A DNA stretch of 64,000 bases, from assembly GCF_963921235.1 (NCBI RefSeq), contig NC_086097.1, positions 113,586,001 to 113,650,000 of the forward strand, read 5' to 3'. How positions within the stretch are numbered: the stretch's first letter is position 1; every line of letters begins with the position of its first letter. Source of the DNA: Mobula hypostoma (lineage: Eukaryota). The notes under the pieces are model-generated. The model saw only the letters and a list, made by a program, of their open reading frames with translations. It was not told where the DNA came from and did no database searches. The translations under genes were made by a program, and so were the position numbers. Below, piece by piece: positions 39,000-51,830 of the stretch.

Positions 39000-40900
39000 G
39001 ATCCCTTTTCAAAACTGGTTCATTACACAATGCCCAATCGAGAATTGCCTTTTCCCTAGCGGGTTCAACCACGAGCTGCTCTGAAAAGTCTTCTCACAAG
39101 CATTCTATAAATTCCATTTCTTAGAATCTAGCAACAACATGATTTTACCATTCTACCTGCATATTCAAATCCCCCATGACTATCATCAACATTGCCCTTT
39201 TTACATGCCTTTTTATCTCCCCTTGTAATTTGTACCACACATCCTGGCTACTGTTAGGAAGCTTGTATAGCTCCCATCAGTGTCTTTTGACACTTGTATT
39301 TTCTTCCTCACAAGGATTCTACATCTTCCAATCCTTTTTCTTCTTAACCATTACCCTGCTGGGACGTAGGTCACTGACAGCAGCTCACTAGAATACACAC
39401 TCCTGGGCCAGTCTCCCATGTTATCCCCAGGTATAGCCCATATCCTTCCTCTCCTGTGGATGAGGTCTTGGGAGCTTCTGTTGGTGTTTCTGGGTTTTTT
39501 CAGGATGGGATTGCTAGCCCCATGCCCAATTCTTCTTTGCAGCCGGGCTTAGAACCGTCCACACTGGAGTTATCTTCTGATCCTCTTTCTAACGATTTCA
39601 TTTCAATTTTTACAGCAGAGCCACTCCACCCTGTCCAGCTACCTCCCTGTCCTTTTGATACAATTTGTATCTTTGGATGTAAAGCTCACAACTCCCAACT
39701 GTGATCTTCTTTCATCCATGACTCAGTGATGCCCACAAGGTCATACTTGCCAACCCCTAATTGTGCTACAAGATCATCTATCTTATTCCATATACTGTGT
39801 GCATTCAGATGTAACATCATCAGTTCTGTACTCGTCACCCTTTCTGATTACACTTACACTTACACTTACACGTTACACTTCAACTCATCCCACACTGACT
39901 GCAATTTTGCCCTGTCATCTGCTTGTCCATCCTCACAATCTCACTACACACTGCAGCTACTTGTATACCTACAGCCCCAACCTCATCCCTATCATTCCAG
40001 TTCCTATCGCCCTGCCAAATTAGTTTAAACCCTCCCTAACAGCTCTCACAAACCTGCCTGCAAGAACATTGGTTCCCCTCAGGTTCACGTGTAATGGGTC
40101 CTTTTTCTACAGGTCATACCTTCCCTGAAAAGATCCCAATGAACCAGAAATCTGAAACACTGTCCCCTGCACCAATTCTTCAGTCACGCATTCATCTGCC
40201 AAATCATCCTATTCTTACCCTCACTGACAGCAGTCCAGAGATTACTGCCCTGAAGGTCCTGCTTTTCAGTTTTCTGTCTAACTCCCTATATTTTCTCTTC
40301 AGGACTTCCTTCCTTTCCCTATCTATGTTTTTGGTGCCAATATGTGCCACAACTTCTGCCTGTTCACCCTCCCCCCTGATGTAACCTGATCTGAGACATC
40401 CCTGATCCTGGAATCTGGGAGGCAACATGCCACCAGTGTGTCTGTTTCACATCCACAGACTCTTTTGTCTGCTCCTCAAACTATCCCTTATCACTACTGC
40501 ACTTCTCTTCTACCCCCCACCCCCAACCTTCTGAGCCACAGAGCCAGGCTGCTTGCCCGAGACCCGTTTGCTGTGACTTTCCTTGTTTGGCTGCCCATTC
40601 AGCAGTATCCAAAGTGGTATACTTACTATTGAGGAGAATTGCCACAGGGGTACTCTGCATTGGTGGCCTATTTCCTTTCACTCTCCTGACAGTCACCCAG
40701 GTACCTGCGTTCTGCAACTCAGGGTTGACTATCTCCTCATTCTCCTGTATAAGCCAAAGGTCATCCAGCTGCAGCTTCTGTTCCTAGCATGCCTTCTAAG
40801 GAGCTGCACAGGAGCTTCTTGATGCAGCTCATGCACATGTAGTTATCTGGGAGACAAAATGTCTCCCAGAGTTCCCACATATCACATAAAGAACATACCA
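39000..40900 (-). mobile_element. CR1 5' half (ORF1 and endonuclease) with an internal SINE-like insert (~39335-39570)
   Basis: VVAHIGTKNI..LKSRTFRAVISGLL (ORF1 SGNH), WVTVRR, and a MGDLN-like endonuclease motif. Confidence 0.75.
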
Positions 40901-41977
40901 CTAACCCTGGACCCCTTTTCACTGCACTAGCTATGTTCTAACAGCCAAACAAAGAAAAAAAAAGCTTACCAGAAACTTATTTAGAGCCTTTGTCCCTTCT
41001 CATGTAAGCCTCTTCAGCAAAGCCTGACCGCTCTAACACTGGCCCACTCATACAATGACCGCTCCCAGATGGCCACTTTGCTCATGCCTCACTTCTTTGC
41101 CAAGTGCCTAATAGACCATTATGATTGAAGCCCACTGAACAGTTCCAAAAGGCCCCAAGATCTTTTTAAACCTCGTGCCACCTTTTCCACAAGTGAATTC
41201 TCCCGATGATTGAAGCTTGTCATTTAACATAAAACCAATGCATCCCAGAGGGAGCAGAGGAGGCTTGGGGGCAGATGGGGGGGGGGGGCGGGAAGTGTTG
41301 GACCTAATTTAGGTATACAAAAATGTAAGAGCCATGAAGAGAGTAAATAGTAAGAAACCTTCCCCCATAAAGCTGGCATCTAAAACTAGAGGGCATAGAT
41401 TTAAGATGAGGAGTAAAAGGGGTTGTGGGATCTGAGGAAAAATTGCTGTACCTAGCAGGTGGTTGCAATCTGGAACATACTGCCTGAGTTGGTGATATGG
41501 CAGGTTTTCATACATTTGAACAGTTACTGGATGAACACTTGAATTGTCAAGTTGTAGTACAGGTACTTGCTGGTTGGAATGGATATGATGGGTTGAACAA
41601 CCTGTTTTCCTGTGAATGACTATAACTCTGTGACCTGTTGTGTGAAATGAATTATTCTGTGTTGAAAGTTCTATTTGAATTTTCACAATATGACATGCAT
41701 TGTAAAGTGTAAAGGGCACTGCATATTACCATAAAATGTCCCTTGCAGCAAACACAATGAATATGTGATTTAAAGCTCTAACAAAATAACTTGAACCAAA
41801 TTCTTTGTTTTACTGCACCTGTTGTATTTCTTGCTGCTCGATTGCATTTCATTATTTTCCTGTGAAAGCCTGCAAGGAAATGAAACTTGAAGTAGTATAT
41901 GATGACATACAGGTATATATACTTTGACAATAAATTTACTTTGACTTTGACTCTGACAGACTAATAATGCTTTAGAA

Positions 41978-42056
41978 CAGAGGTTTCCAACCTTTTTTAT
42001 GCCAGTGAAAACACCATTAAGTAAGGATTCTGTGGTCTCCAGGTTGGGAACCCCTG
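41978..42056. mobile_element. 79-bp hAT-type MITE
   Basis: TIRs cagaggtttccaacct / aggttgggaacccctg; 8-bp TSD ctttagaa at 41970-41977 and 42057-42064. Confidence 0.85.
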
Positions 42057-42362
42057 CTTTAGAAAACTTATTTCATTCCTGGCGTTTGCAGGATTCCCTA
42101 TGAATGTGGAGCTGAGTATATCGGCCAGATGGGATGCACAGTGAAATCCCGCATCAAGGAGCACAGGAGGTCTATCTGTTTGAGTAATCTGGAGGAACTG
42201 GTGGTAGCAAAACTTTGTATTCACAATGGCCCTAGGATTGACTTTGATGGCACAAAACTACTGTGCCGTGCCAATGACTTTTGGGACCGCCTGATAAAGG
42301 ATGCCATTGAAATAAAATTAGAGGAAAAGAATTTTAATAAAGACGAAGATCTTGCTCTAAGT

Positions 42363-43669
42363 TAGTGGTCGCCAACTGGTTGATCGCGATCGACTGGTCG
42401 ATCTTTGAGACTTTCCCAGTCGATCCCGAAAAAAATGAAAAATAAATACACAAATACTGTTGTAATACGAGCATTATAAAAGTAAGTAATACTAATTAGG
42501 ATAATGGTAATATAGCAATACTTCCGCTACTGAAAGCTGTTTGTAAAGAGAGATTGTTTCTGTGTTGCGGGGTTTAGTTCCGTTCTTTCTGCCCAGTGCG
42601 CATGTGTGTAGCTCCCCCGCCATGCACCACCATAGAAAAGACCGGAAGTAAAACCCCACAACGGGGAAATACTATGATAAATTGTATTACTTATTTTTGT
42701 AATGCTCACATTACAACACCTTTAATTCTATGTTTCATTATTTAATTTTATTTCAACACAAAAAATAAATGAATAAAAATTGACTGTTGCACTCAGTGTG
42801 ATGACTGGAGCTGAATACTTTCTGCTAGTTCCCTGAAATTTGGCTCATAACTACAGACAGCCAGTTTGAGACAGTCTGTGAGGTAAGACAGCTCCTGTAC
42901 TTAGATTTCATAATTTTCATCTGTTGCAGCTCAGCGCCCTCGCAGACCTCCTGACAGACTGAATATTTGAATGGACAGTTTCCTTTGTTAGACTGAATGT
43001 TGAATCTGCCACTTTTTTCAGGTGTTTTGTATTGGTAAACTGTTATTGAGACACTGGTATAAGTTTCAGAGGTACGCAAGATAATGACACTACTGTTTTT
43101 TGTTTCCCAGTTCTTTAACATTTGGGGAATGTTGGAATTTAAAGGGGGAGAAGTGTTGTAATGTGAGCATTATAAAGATAAGTTAATACCAATTAGGATA
43201 ATGGTAATATAGCAATACTCCCGCTACGGAAAGCTGTTTGTAAACAGAGGTTTTTTTCTGGGGTTGCGGGGTTTTACTTCCGGTCTTTTTTGTGCATGTG
43301 TGTATAAGCCCCTCTGCCGCATTGGTTTTGCTGTCCCAGATAAAGTTGTTCCTTTGAACATGAAGTTGTCAAGTGGCCCTTTTTCAAAGTAGAGGTTACT
43401 ACAAAAGATATGAAGTATTGTAATATTCTTAAAGAAAGACAGCTATGGCCTGTTTGATATGCTAGGTTACAGTGTTTTCTTGGTTGAATTAATTTGAAAG
43501 TTTGACAAAAGCATTTTATGTAATTCAAATACAATTAGCCCAAATCAAAGGCCTCAAGTTGGAAGTACAATCTGAGTTGTTTTTTCTCTAAACGATTTAG
43601 TGGGTAGATCTTGCCTTTCACTAAGGCCGAGGTAGGGGATCTTGGGCTTTAAAAGGTTGGCAACCACTA
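42363..43669 (-). mobile_element. Non-autonomous hAT (Charlie-like) DNA transposon, 1307 bp
   Basis: TIR tagtggt(c/t)gccaac; 8-bp TSD ctctaagt at 42355-42362 and 43670-43677; transposase dimerisation remnant MKIMKSKYRSCLT / TDCLKLAVCSYEPNFRELAESIQLQSSH* at ~42793-42920. Confidence 0.9.
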
Positions 43670-43800
43670 CTCTAAGTAAAACTGAATTCGATTGTGAACA
43701 AGATGGGAGAGAGAAAACTTGATTGTATGAAGACTAACCAATCAGGATGGATGGACTACGGGGGTATAAATACCATTGGACTAGACATGCCCAGGTATCA

Positions 43801-43842
43801 TCCCTGATGAAGATGGCAGAGTTTGTCATTGAAACGTTGGTT
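43801..43842 (+). ncRNA. Hammerhead motif of a second PLE family (long stem II)
   Basis: CC-CUGAUGA-A-GAUGGCAG AGU UUGUCAUU-GAAAC-GUU|GG; stem I is short. Confidence 0.65.
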
Positions 43843-44439
43843 ATAATCAATACTTGTACCCGGCTGGAAGCCTGACAAAGGTTTATTTGACTTATTTCAT
43901 TAATTTACAAATGAAATGCTATATTGAGAAAAGATTTTAATGTTTCATTTTAAAACAAATCAAATCTAAATTACAAGGATCTTTTTGAGTGGTGAGTTCA
44001 TTGTGGAGATGAGGTCAAACAGTTGGCAGGCAGTAACAAACAGCACCTGTGACTTGAATCAGAATCAGAATCAAGTTTAAAATCACTGCATACGTCGTGA
44101 AATTAGTTGTCATTTTGCAAAACTGAGAACATGAGTATGGGTGAGTTGTACTACTTGCCAAATCAGTTTTTCAGTGAGACATTTGGGGAAAAAGATTGCA
44201 TTTGCTACTGCAGGACTGGCGGTTAAACAGAAAACTTGCTGTGTGAAGAGAATTACAGAAAAATTAATACACCAGTATAATGAACGTCTGGGTTATTTTT
44301 ATTCCCTCTTGAACAAGGCTACAGAAATTTAAAAAGCAAGGATTTTTACCCAGAGTTTGACATTGTAAGAATTTTACAGTGATCTTCATATTTATACAGT
44401 TTTTACCTGTAATTAAAGTATGCAACTGCTGCAATACCC

Positions 44440-44820
44440 TTTCACACTGCTTTGACAGGCAAGCTAAACTAGGTGAGGGTAGAGGGTCTGCCTCAAATCC
44501 TGGTGAGTTAGGGATATGCCTATCCTAGCAGCAAAGTCAGTTTCAATAGACTGGGTGAATGAGATCACCGGTATGATCCAATGGCCAGGAAGGCTGTTCT
44601 GCAGTGCCCCGTAGAGAGCTAAGGGCATAGTGAGGTACAGAAGATGCTGTGGCCATCTGCTGCAACCAAGGAGGTCTTCAGATGTGACAATCACTCATAC
44701 CACTGGAATAGGGCTTCTGCGGTTGAGAGAGTGGAACTGCCCCAGTGCAAGGGCTTTGCCACTTTAAAAGCTTCCCCACACAGGTTCTCACTGTCACAGT
44801 TGAAATCGCCGGACAACCAT
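44440..44820 (+). mobile_element. Non-autonomous retroposon, probably RTE-derived; related copies at 51830-52147 (-) and 60975-61505 (+)
   Basis: Shared with 60975-61505: aggtgagg..tag, gagagagtg..cccagtgca..g..actttaaa..ccacacagg. Confidence 0.5.
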
Positions 44821-45329
44821 CACAATATTTGTACAGGCATCTAAATTCATCGAAGGAGGAACTGAGGATTTTTATGACAAATATGATAAATGATATCAAC
44901 AACAATCAGAATATATGCCCACAAATGCATGCACTTAGCGTATATTAAAATGGACCATTCTTCAATAAGTTTTAGATTGTTGTAGAATATATTTAGTGCT
45001 TATGCCACCCCTTTACCTCTCCTCAGACCTAATCTACTACACAGATCTAATCCAGGATAAAACCATGCCTGTTTATTCCCTGCCTTGACCTATCACCAGC
45101 CGCTCTGTGTTCCAGTGCATTCAATTAAAGTCCTTATTCTGACTTGCACATCTTCATGTCCTTGCTTTGCATGGCTCTCATCATATCCTTCCCACCTTGT
45201 ACTTTAGCTATTCTGGCCTGGAGAACTGCCACTCCCCACCATTGATTACAGCATTACAACTTTGCACTCTCAAATCAGTCCTCCTTGTCTGATCCATCAT
45301 TGTCAAAATTGTTTTCAACACCTTTAATA

Positions 45330-46020
45330 ATGGTGCTCTCAATGTGGGCTCCTCTACATTGGTGAGACTCGAGGTAGATTGGGAGACCGCTCTGTGGAGG
45401 ACTTTTGCTCCATCCTCATAAAGCAGGAGTTCCCAGTGGCCAACCATTTTAACTCCCATCCCCCTTCCTATTCCAACATGTTAGTCCATGACCTCCTCTT
45501 CCGCTGCAATGAGACCACTCTAAGATTGGAGAAGCAACACTTCATATTCCATTGAGATAGCCTCCAGCCTGATGGCATGAACATCAATATCTCCAACTTC
45601 CAGTAATTTTTCCCCTCCCCTTGTCCTCTTCTTCAGTTCCGCACTCTGGCCTCTTACTTTTTCTCTGCATTTGCATATCATCTTCCCCTGGTGCCCTGTC
45701 TCCTTCCCTTTCTCCCATGGTCCACTGTCCTCTCCTAACAGATTCCTTCTTCTCCAGCCCTTTTCCTTTTCCATCTATCAGCTCTTGGCTTCTTATTTCA
45801 TCCCCCTGGTTCACCTACCCAGTTTCATCTATCACCTTTTAGTTTGTACTCCTTCCTTTCCCCCATCTTACTCTGGCATCTTTCCCTATCCTTTCCTGAT
45901 GAAGAGTCTTGGCCCAAAACTTCAACTGTTTATTCTGTTGTCAGATCTGCTGATTTCCTGCAACACTTCGTGTGTATATGTGTGTTGCTCTGGATTTCCT
46001 ATATTTGCAAAATCTCTTGT
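45330..46020 (+). mobile_element. PLE 3' part (GIY-YIG and pseudo-LTR with decayed hammerhead at 45892-45928)
   Basis: CSQCGLLYIGETRGRLGDR; cctgatgaagagtcttggcccaaaacttc. Confidence 0.8.
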
Positions 46021-46609
46021 GCCTCAACAATTTAGGAACAGCTTCTTCTCCTTACTTATCGGATTTCTGAATAGTCAATGAGCCATGAACACCACCTCAC
46101 TATTTATGCTCATATTTTGCACTTATTTAATTTTTTTAATAAACTTTTTTAAAAAATTGTGATTTATAGTATATTTTATGTATTGCACTGTACAGGTGTC
46201 ACAGAGACAACAAATTTCACACATTATGTGAGTGATAATTAACTTCATTCTGATTCTGATTCATTCAGTTCTTTCACCCCACCAGGTTTACTGACTGAAT
46301 TAAAGTGTGAAACAACAGGGTCTCCAGCTCAGTTTGTGACTCAGGCACTGGGGAGAAGTTCAGGTTGAAGGAGATGATCTGGAAGATGAGAGAGGTCTTG
46401 GGGGAATAGGACAATGGGCAGGGATAGAATACCAGTGAATGATGTTGATGCCTTTCAAGAGAGGGTAAAGCCAAGTTGCAAAATGTGTTCTTATACATTT
46501 TAAATACATTCAGATGCTTGAATTGGTAAAACTGGCCGCTCTTCCTCAGTCATGTCCTTTTCAGGGTAGACATGGTATGAGGCCACTCTAAATGAAGATG
46601 AGACATAAG

Positions 46610-46935
46610 GAGCACACACAAAATGCTGGAGGAACTCAGCAAGTCAGGCAGCATCTAAATGAATAAACTGTCGACGTTTTGGGCCGAGACCTTTCTTCAG
46701 GACTGAGGAGGATGGGGAAGCTGACAGGATCATAAAGGTCGGGAGATGGGATGGAGGCTAGCTGGAAGGTGAAGCCAAGTGGGTGGGAAGGTTCAAGGGC
46801 TGGAGAAGAAGGAATCTGATAGGAGAGGAGAGTGAACCATAGGAGAATGGGAAGGAGGAGGGGAGCCAGGTGATAGGCAGGTGAGAAGAGGTAAAATGCA
46901 AGAGTGGGGAATAAAGGAAGAGGGAGGGTGGGGTT
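46610..46935 (-). mobile_element. PLE pseudo-LTR with hammerhead variant (46669-46704)
   Basis: Minus: AGTC CTGAAGA AAGGTCTCGGCCC AAAAC GTC GACA. Confidence 0.8.
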
Positions 46936-47619
46936 GGCATTTTATTCAAATAGAGGCATAATTGAGATACAGCTCTGAATGTTTCAATTGCACTGGAGGA
47001 TCCAGCAGTAACTAGTCACATGGCCTCCCCTGCTGGCTGTTGAATGGTAAGAGGCACGGATTTTGTTCTTAATCAGGGTTTCAGCAGCTCCATTGGCTTA
47101 ACAGGTAATAGTGCATGTGTTTAATGTAAATTATCAATAACTCAAAGGCAGATGTCCAATTGGATGATCCAGCTTCAGGAGTAGTCAGTTTAATTTCCTG
47201 GTTTTCTAAAACAAGCAACCTTCAACATCAGTGGTCAATCCACTCTTCCAGTTTAATACAGTGGGAAATATTTTTTGAGTTGGCTATAAGAATTTAATTG
47301 TGTTATAAGGTGGTTCTGTATTGTTACACCATTGTGTGAATTTCACTCAGCAATGATGTACTCACTAATTCTCAGTTTAAATTCAGCTCTAAACTATGCA
47401 ATATATTCACACTAACGATGAACAATTGAATTCCTTATGAGAATGTCTGTCCTTAATGTTTGATTCATATTCAGATTTATATTTATTTGTCATATGTATA
47501 TTAAAACACACAGTGAAATGTGTTATTTGTGTTAGCAACCGGCACACCCAAGGATGTGCATGGAGCAGCCCACCAATGTCACCACACATTCCAGCAGCAA
47601 CACAGCATGGCCACAGTGT

Positions 47620-47870
47620 TCAACACAAGACAACACAACATGACATGATACGACATGACACAACAATACAACAACATGACACAACAATACAACAACACGA
47701 TACAACACAATACAACACGACACAACACAGCAACAACATAACAACACAACGACATAACAACACAACATAACAACAACACAACACAACACAACAACATAAC
47801 AACACAACACAACAAAACCACAACACAACACATAACTCAACACAGAACAACATAAGCAGCAACAACAGGA
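47620..47870. repeat. Degenerate (ACA/ACAAC)n microsatellite
   Basis: Visible low-complexity run; it is the source of the spurious Cys/Val-rich ORFs. Confidence 0.95.
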
Positions 47871-47924
47871 ACAGGACAAAACAAGTTCCTTTCCCAGCCT
47901 CCCTCTCAACCACAATATTTGACC

Positions 47925-48026
47925 AACTAACACACACAGAATGCGAGAGGAACTTAGCAGGCCAGGCGGCATCTATAGAAAAGAGTCAACAGTTGACGTT
48001 TCAGGCCAAGATTCTTCATCAGGCAT
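47925..48026 (-). mobile_element. Short PLE pseudo-LTR remnant with hammerhead core
   Basis: Minus: CCTGATGAAGAATCTTGGCCTGAAACGTCAACT. Confidence 0.7.
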
Positions 48027-48809
48027 TGACTGTGTGTTTTACCAATTAGCAGTATAGTAATATTAGTAATATGTGTTTTACTAGGTGGTGGTTGGCATCT
48101 TTCTGTCTTGAAATCATCATCATGCCTGGGTACAATATATGGGGATCCTAAGGTTTCCAGTCGTCAAAATCCCCCTTTCAAAAAAATACAAGACTGAAAA
48201 ATGTCTGTAGTCCAAGTCCATATCCAAAACGCAGAAAACCTGGCTAATCCTCCAGGCATAGGAACAAGCCTTTCCCTCTCCTGCAGTGAACAATCCCACA
48301 GTGATCAAAAAGCAGTCACCCCTCTCCATTACAGAACAATCCACCAGTGATCAAAAAGTAGTCTTCCCTTTCTGTAGCAGAGCAATCCCACAGCAATCAA
48401 AAGGTAGTCTCCCTCTCTAGCAGCAGAGTGGTCCCCTAGCAATAGAAAGGCAGGGAGCAGGGTGCTCACCTTCCGCATTCGCCTTAATGGTTCAATCTCC
48501 CTTGTTGCTTTATTCGGCAAACAATAGAAGCTTTAATTGGTGAAATGGAGTTGAACATTGGCTCACACCCCATCCCGCAACCTTCTTGCCACAAGGTTCC
48601 TGCACTCTGCCTCTGTCCCCCGGAACTCTCTTGGAGACTGCAGAGCACTGAAACACCCAAAAAATCTCCTAACTGCAACTCACAGGCTCCAGCAGCTCCA
48701 GAATCACAAACAAGACAGAAAAGAAGTGAAATATATGGTTTCATGATCTATCCAGAAGATGTCGACTGAAGCAGTGTTGTACGCAGGCACCACCTTGACT
48801 GGAAGTCCA

Positions 48810-50810
48810 GTTAGAAAGAGGTGACATAGGATTGGAAAATGTAGAATCCTAGTCAGTAGAGTTAAGAAACTGTAAGGGTAAAAAGACGATGATGAGAGTT
48901 ATATACAGGCCCCCGAACATTAGCCAGGATGTGGGATGTAAGCTTCAACAGGAATTATAAAAGGCACCTAATAAGGACAATGCTACAACGATCATAGGGG
49001 ATTCAATATGCAGGTGGTTGGGAGAAGCAGGTTGGTGCTGAATCCCAAGAGAGGGAATTTGTAGAACATTTATTAGAAGGCTTTTTAGAGCAACTTGTGG
49101 TCGAGCCAACTGGCGAAAATTAATTCTGGACTGGGTGTTGTGTAATGAGCCAGATTTGATTAGGGAGCTCAGGGTAAAGGAACCCTTAAGAGATAGTGAT
49201 CGCAATATGATAGATTTCACCCTGCAGTTTGAGAAGGAGAAAATAGGCCAGATGTATCTGTATCACAGTGAAGTAAAGAGAGTTACAGGAGCATGAGAGA
49301 GGAGCAGGCTAAGGTTGACTGGAAGGGGACACTAGCAAGGATGACGGCAGAATTGCAATGGCTGGTGATTCTGGGGACAATTTGGAAGGCTCAGGAAAGA
49401 TACATCACAAATGTAATGCCCTGGTTAAGATATCTACTGCTAATGCTGTGGGGTATTTCATTCAGTAGCCTTTTGTAACAGCAGTGTGTCCTTCTGGTGG
49501 AATGTTTTGGTTTCAGCTAAAGATAAGGGGCTATGGTGTTCAACTTAGGAATGTTGTGTCAGCCAATCAGGATGGTGGAATTGGGAGAAAGTTCCAGAGA
49601 GAGCTGGGTGGAAAGAGATTTGTGATGACTCTGGAGGGGTTCATGGTCTTTTTGGGGGAAGATGTGGAGAAGAAAACAATCGGGAGAGACGGCCGTAGGA
49701 TTTGATCCAACTGGAAGACACGATTCACAGGAGTGCTTTGCAAAACAAAGGAGTTCAAGATGGAAAGCTCTACAGGTGATTGGTGATGAGAATTCAGCTC
49801 CATGAGTAACAGACATTTCCAGCTTTTGGAAAATGCGCGTGTATATTTAGACGGGTTTAACTGTAACGGGTCCTTTTATTTTTTTCCTTTTTTTTTCTCT
49901 TAATAACTGTTTGATAAAGCTGAAATTAGTAAATACGCTTTCTTTATAATTTTAGGCAGTGTATGATCTGTTATTTCTTGCTGTCTGATAATTCTGTATG
50001 GTCAGTATCTACACAGTATTCACTCAAATATAGGTTTCTTTAACTGGAACATCACAACATTCCTGTTTGGTTGAACCCCAAATCATACCAACCCTAGACG
50101 TATATGACATAAGAACATAAGAAATAGGAGCAGGAGTAGGCCATCTGGCCTGTCGAACCTGCCCTGCCATTCAATAAGATCAGGGCTGATCTGTCTGTAA
50201 ACTCAGCTCCATCTGCCTGCCTTTTCCCCATAATCCTTAATTCCCCTACTATGTAAAAATCTATCTAACTGTATCCTAAATATATTTAGTGAAGAAGTCT
50301 GAACTTCTTCCCTGGACAGAGAATTCCACAGATTCACCACTCTCTGGGAAAAACAGTTTCTCCTCATCTCCGTTCTAAATCTTTCTCCCCTGAATCTTGA
50401 GGCATGTCCCTATTGTTTGTCGAAGATGGCCTGCTCACCGCTGAGTAATGTGGCTGTTAGCAGAGCCGGCTAATGAGTCAAGTTTGCATTCGAGCCCGGT
50501 GATGGCAGACAAGGGACTTTAAAGGCAGCGCTAAAGTAAAATAGGAGGCATATAATTTAGCAAAGAGTAATGGAAAATTGGAGGATTGGGAAGCTTTTAA
50601 AAAACAACAGAAGGCAACTAAAAAAGCAATAAGGAGAGAAAAGATGAAATATGTAGGCAACTTAGCCAATAATATAAAAGAGGATACCAACAATTTTTTT
50701 CATATGTATTAAGAGTGAAAGAGAGGCAAGGGTGGATATTGGACCACTGGAAAATGACACTGGAGAGGTACTAATGGGGGAACAAAGAAATGGCGGATGA
50801 ACTTAATACA
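48810..50810 (+). mobile_element. CR1 endonuclease/linker fragment hosting an LTR-like insert
   Basis: VELRNCKGKKT..VIYRPP, IGDSI, ILDWVLCNEP and SDRNMIDF motifs; homology resumes after 50507. Confidence 0.8.
49412..50507 (+). mobile_element. Probable solo LTR, itself containing a CR1 3' end (~50107-50412, minus)
   Basis: Begins TGTAATGCC and ends TGGCA; CCAAT motif; interrupts CR1 homology; TSD not clean. Confidence 0.45.
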
Positions 50811-50814
50811 TTTT

Positions 50815-51830
50815 TCTGAATGACAATGCCACAGTTGTCATCGACTTCATCAAAGCCTTCATCATACCAGACATACCCAAATTAAAAGCCATGGATGAAC
50901 CAGAAGATTCATAGTCTCCTGAGGGCTAGATCTGTGGCATTCAAGACTGGTGATGCAGAACTATACAAGACATCCAGGTACAACCTACAGAAGGTTATCT
51001 TAAGAGCAAAAAAAATCAAATCCGATGGAGATTAGAGATGGAATCGGAAGCACATCAGCTCTGGCAGGGTTTGCAGGCCATTATTTCCTACAAAGCAAAA
51101 CCTAATATCATGAATGACAGTGATGCTTCACTCCCCAGTGACCTCCATGTACTTTATGCATGTTTTTAAAGCAAGCGTAAACCCTGCTGCATCTGGTTAC
51201 CCTGTGATCTCTGTCTCAGAGGCCGATGTCAGAATATCTTTCAAGAGCGTGAACCCTTACAAGGCGTCAGGCCCTGAAGTTGTACCTGGTAAGGCTCGAA
51301 AAACCTGTGCCAACCAACTGGCGGGAGTATTCACAGATATTTTCAATCTCTCACTGATGCAGTCGGAGGTTCCCACATGCTTCATAAGGGCAACAATCAT
51401 ATCAGTGTCCAAGAAGAGCAGGGTGCACTGTATCAATGAATATTGCCCAGTGGCACTCACATCTGCTGTAATGAATTGTTTTGAGAGGTTGGCCATGGCT
51501 AGAACCAACTCGTGCCTAAGCAAGGTTCTGGAACCACTGCAATTTGCCTATCGCCTCTATAGGTCTACAGCAGATGCAATCTCACTGGCTTTCCACTTGG
51601 CCTTGGATCAAATAGACAATAGAAATACTTATGCCAGGCTGCAGTTTATTGACTAGTTCAGATTTCAACAGAATTGTGCCCTCAGTTTTAATCAACAAGC
51701 TCTAAAACCTGGGTCACTGTACCGCCTTCTATAACTGGATCCTTGACTGACTTACTGGGAACTACAATCTGTGTGGACCAGTAAAAACATCTCCTCCTCG
51801 CTGACGATCAATACTGGCGCAACTCAAGGA
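50815..51830 (+). mobile_element. Rex1/Babar-like LINE RT N-terminal fragment
   Basis: KASGPEVVPG..CANQLAGVFTDIFNLSL..PVALTSAVMNCFERL..PLQFAYR..RSTADAI..NTGATQG. Confidence 0.85.

Larger units (their letters stand above)
42078..43889 (+). mobile_element. Penelope-like element 3' part (GIY-YIG and hammerhead), interrupted by a hAT element
   Basis: PGVCRIPYECGAEYIGQMG..RIKEH..DAIEIK..NFNKDE; 12-bp TSD acttatttcatt at 42066-42077 and 43890-43901. Confidence 0.88.

Noticed and set aside
47456..47972. Cys/Val-rich and Thr/Gln-rich ORFs
   Set aside because: They are translations of the (ACA)n microsatellite; the repeats have no spacer structure and are not CRISPR-like.
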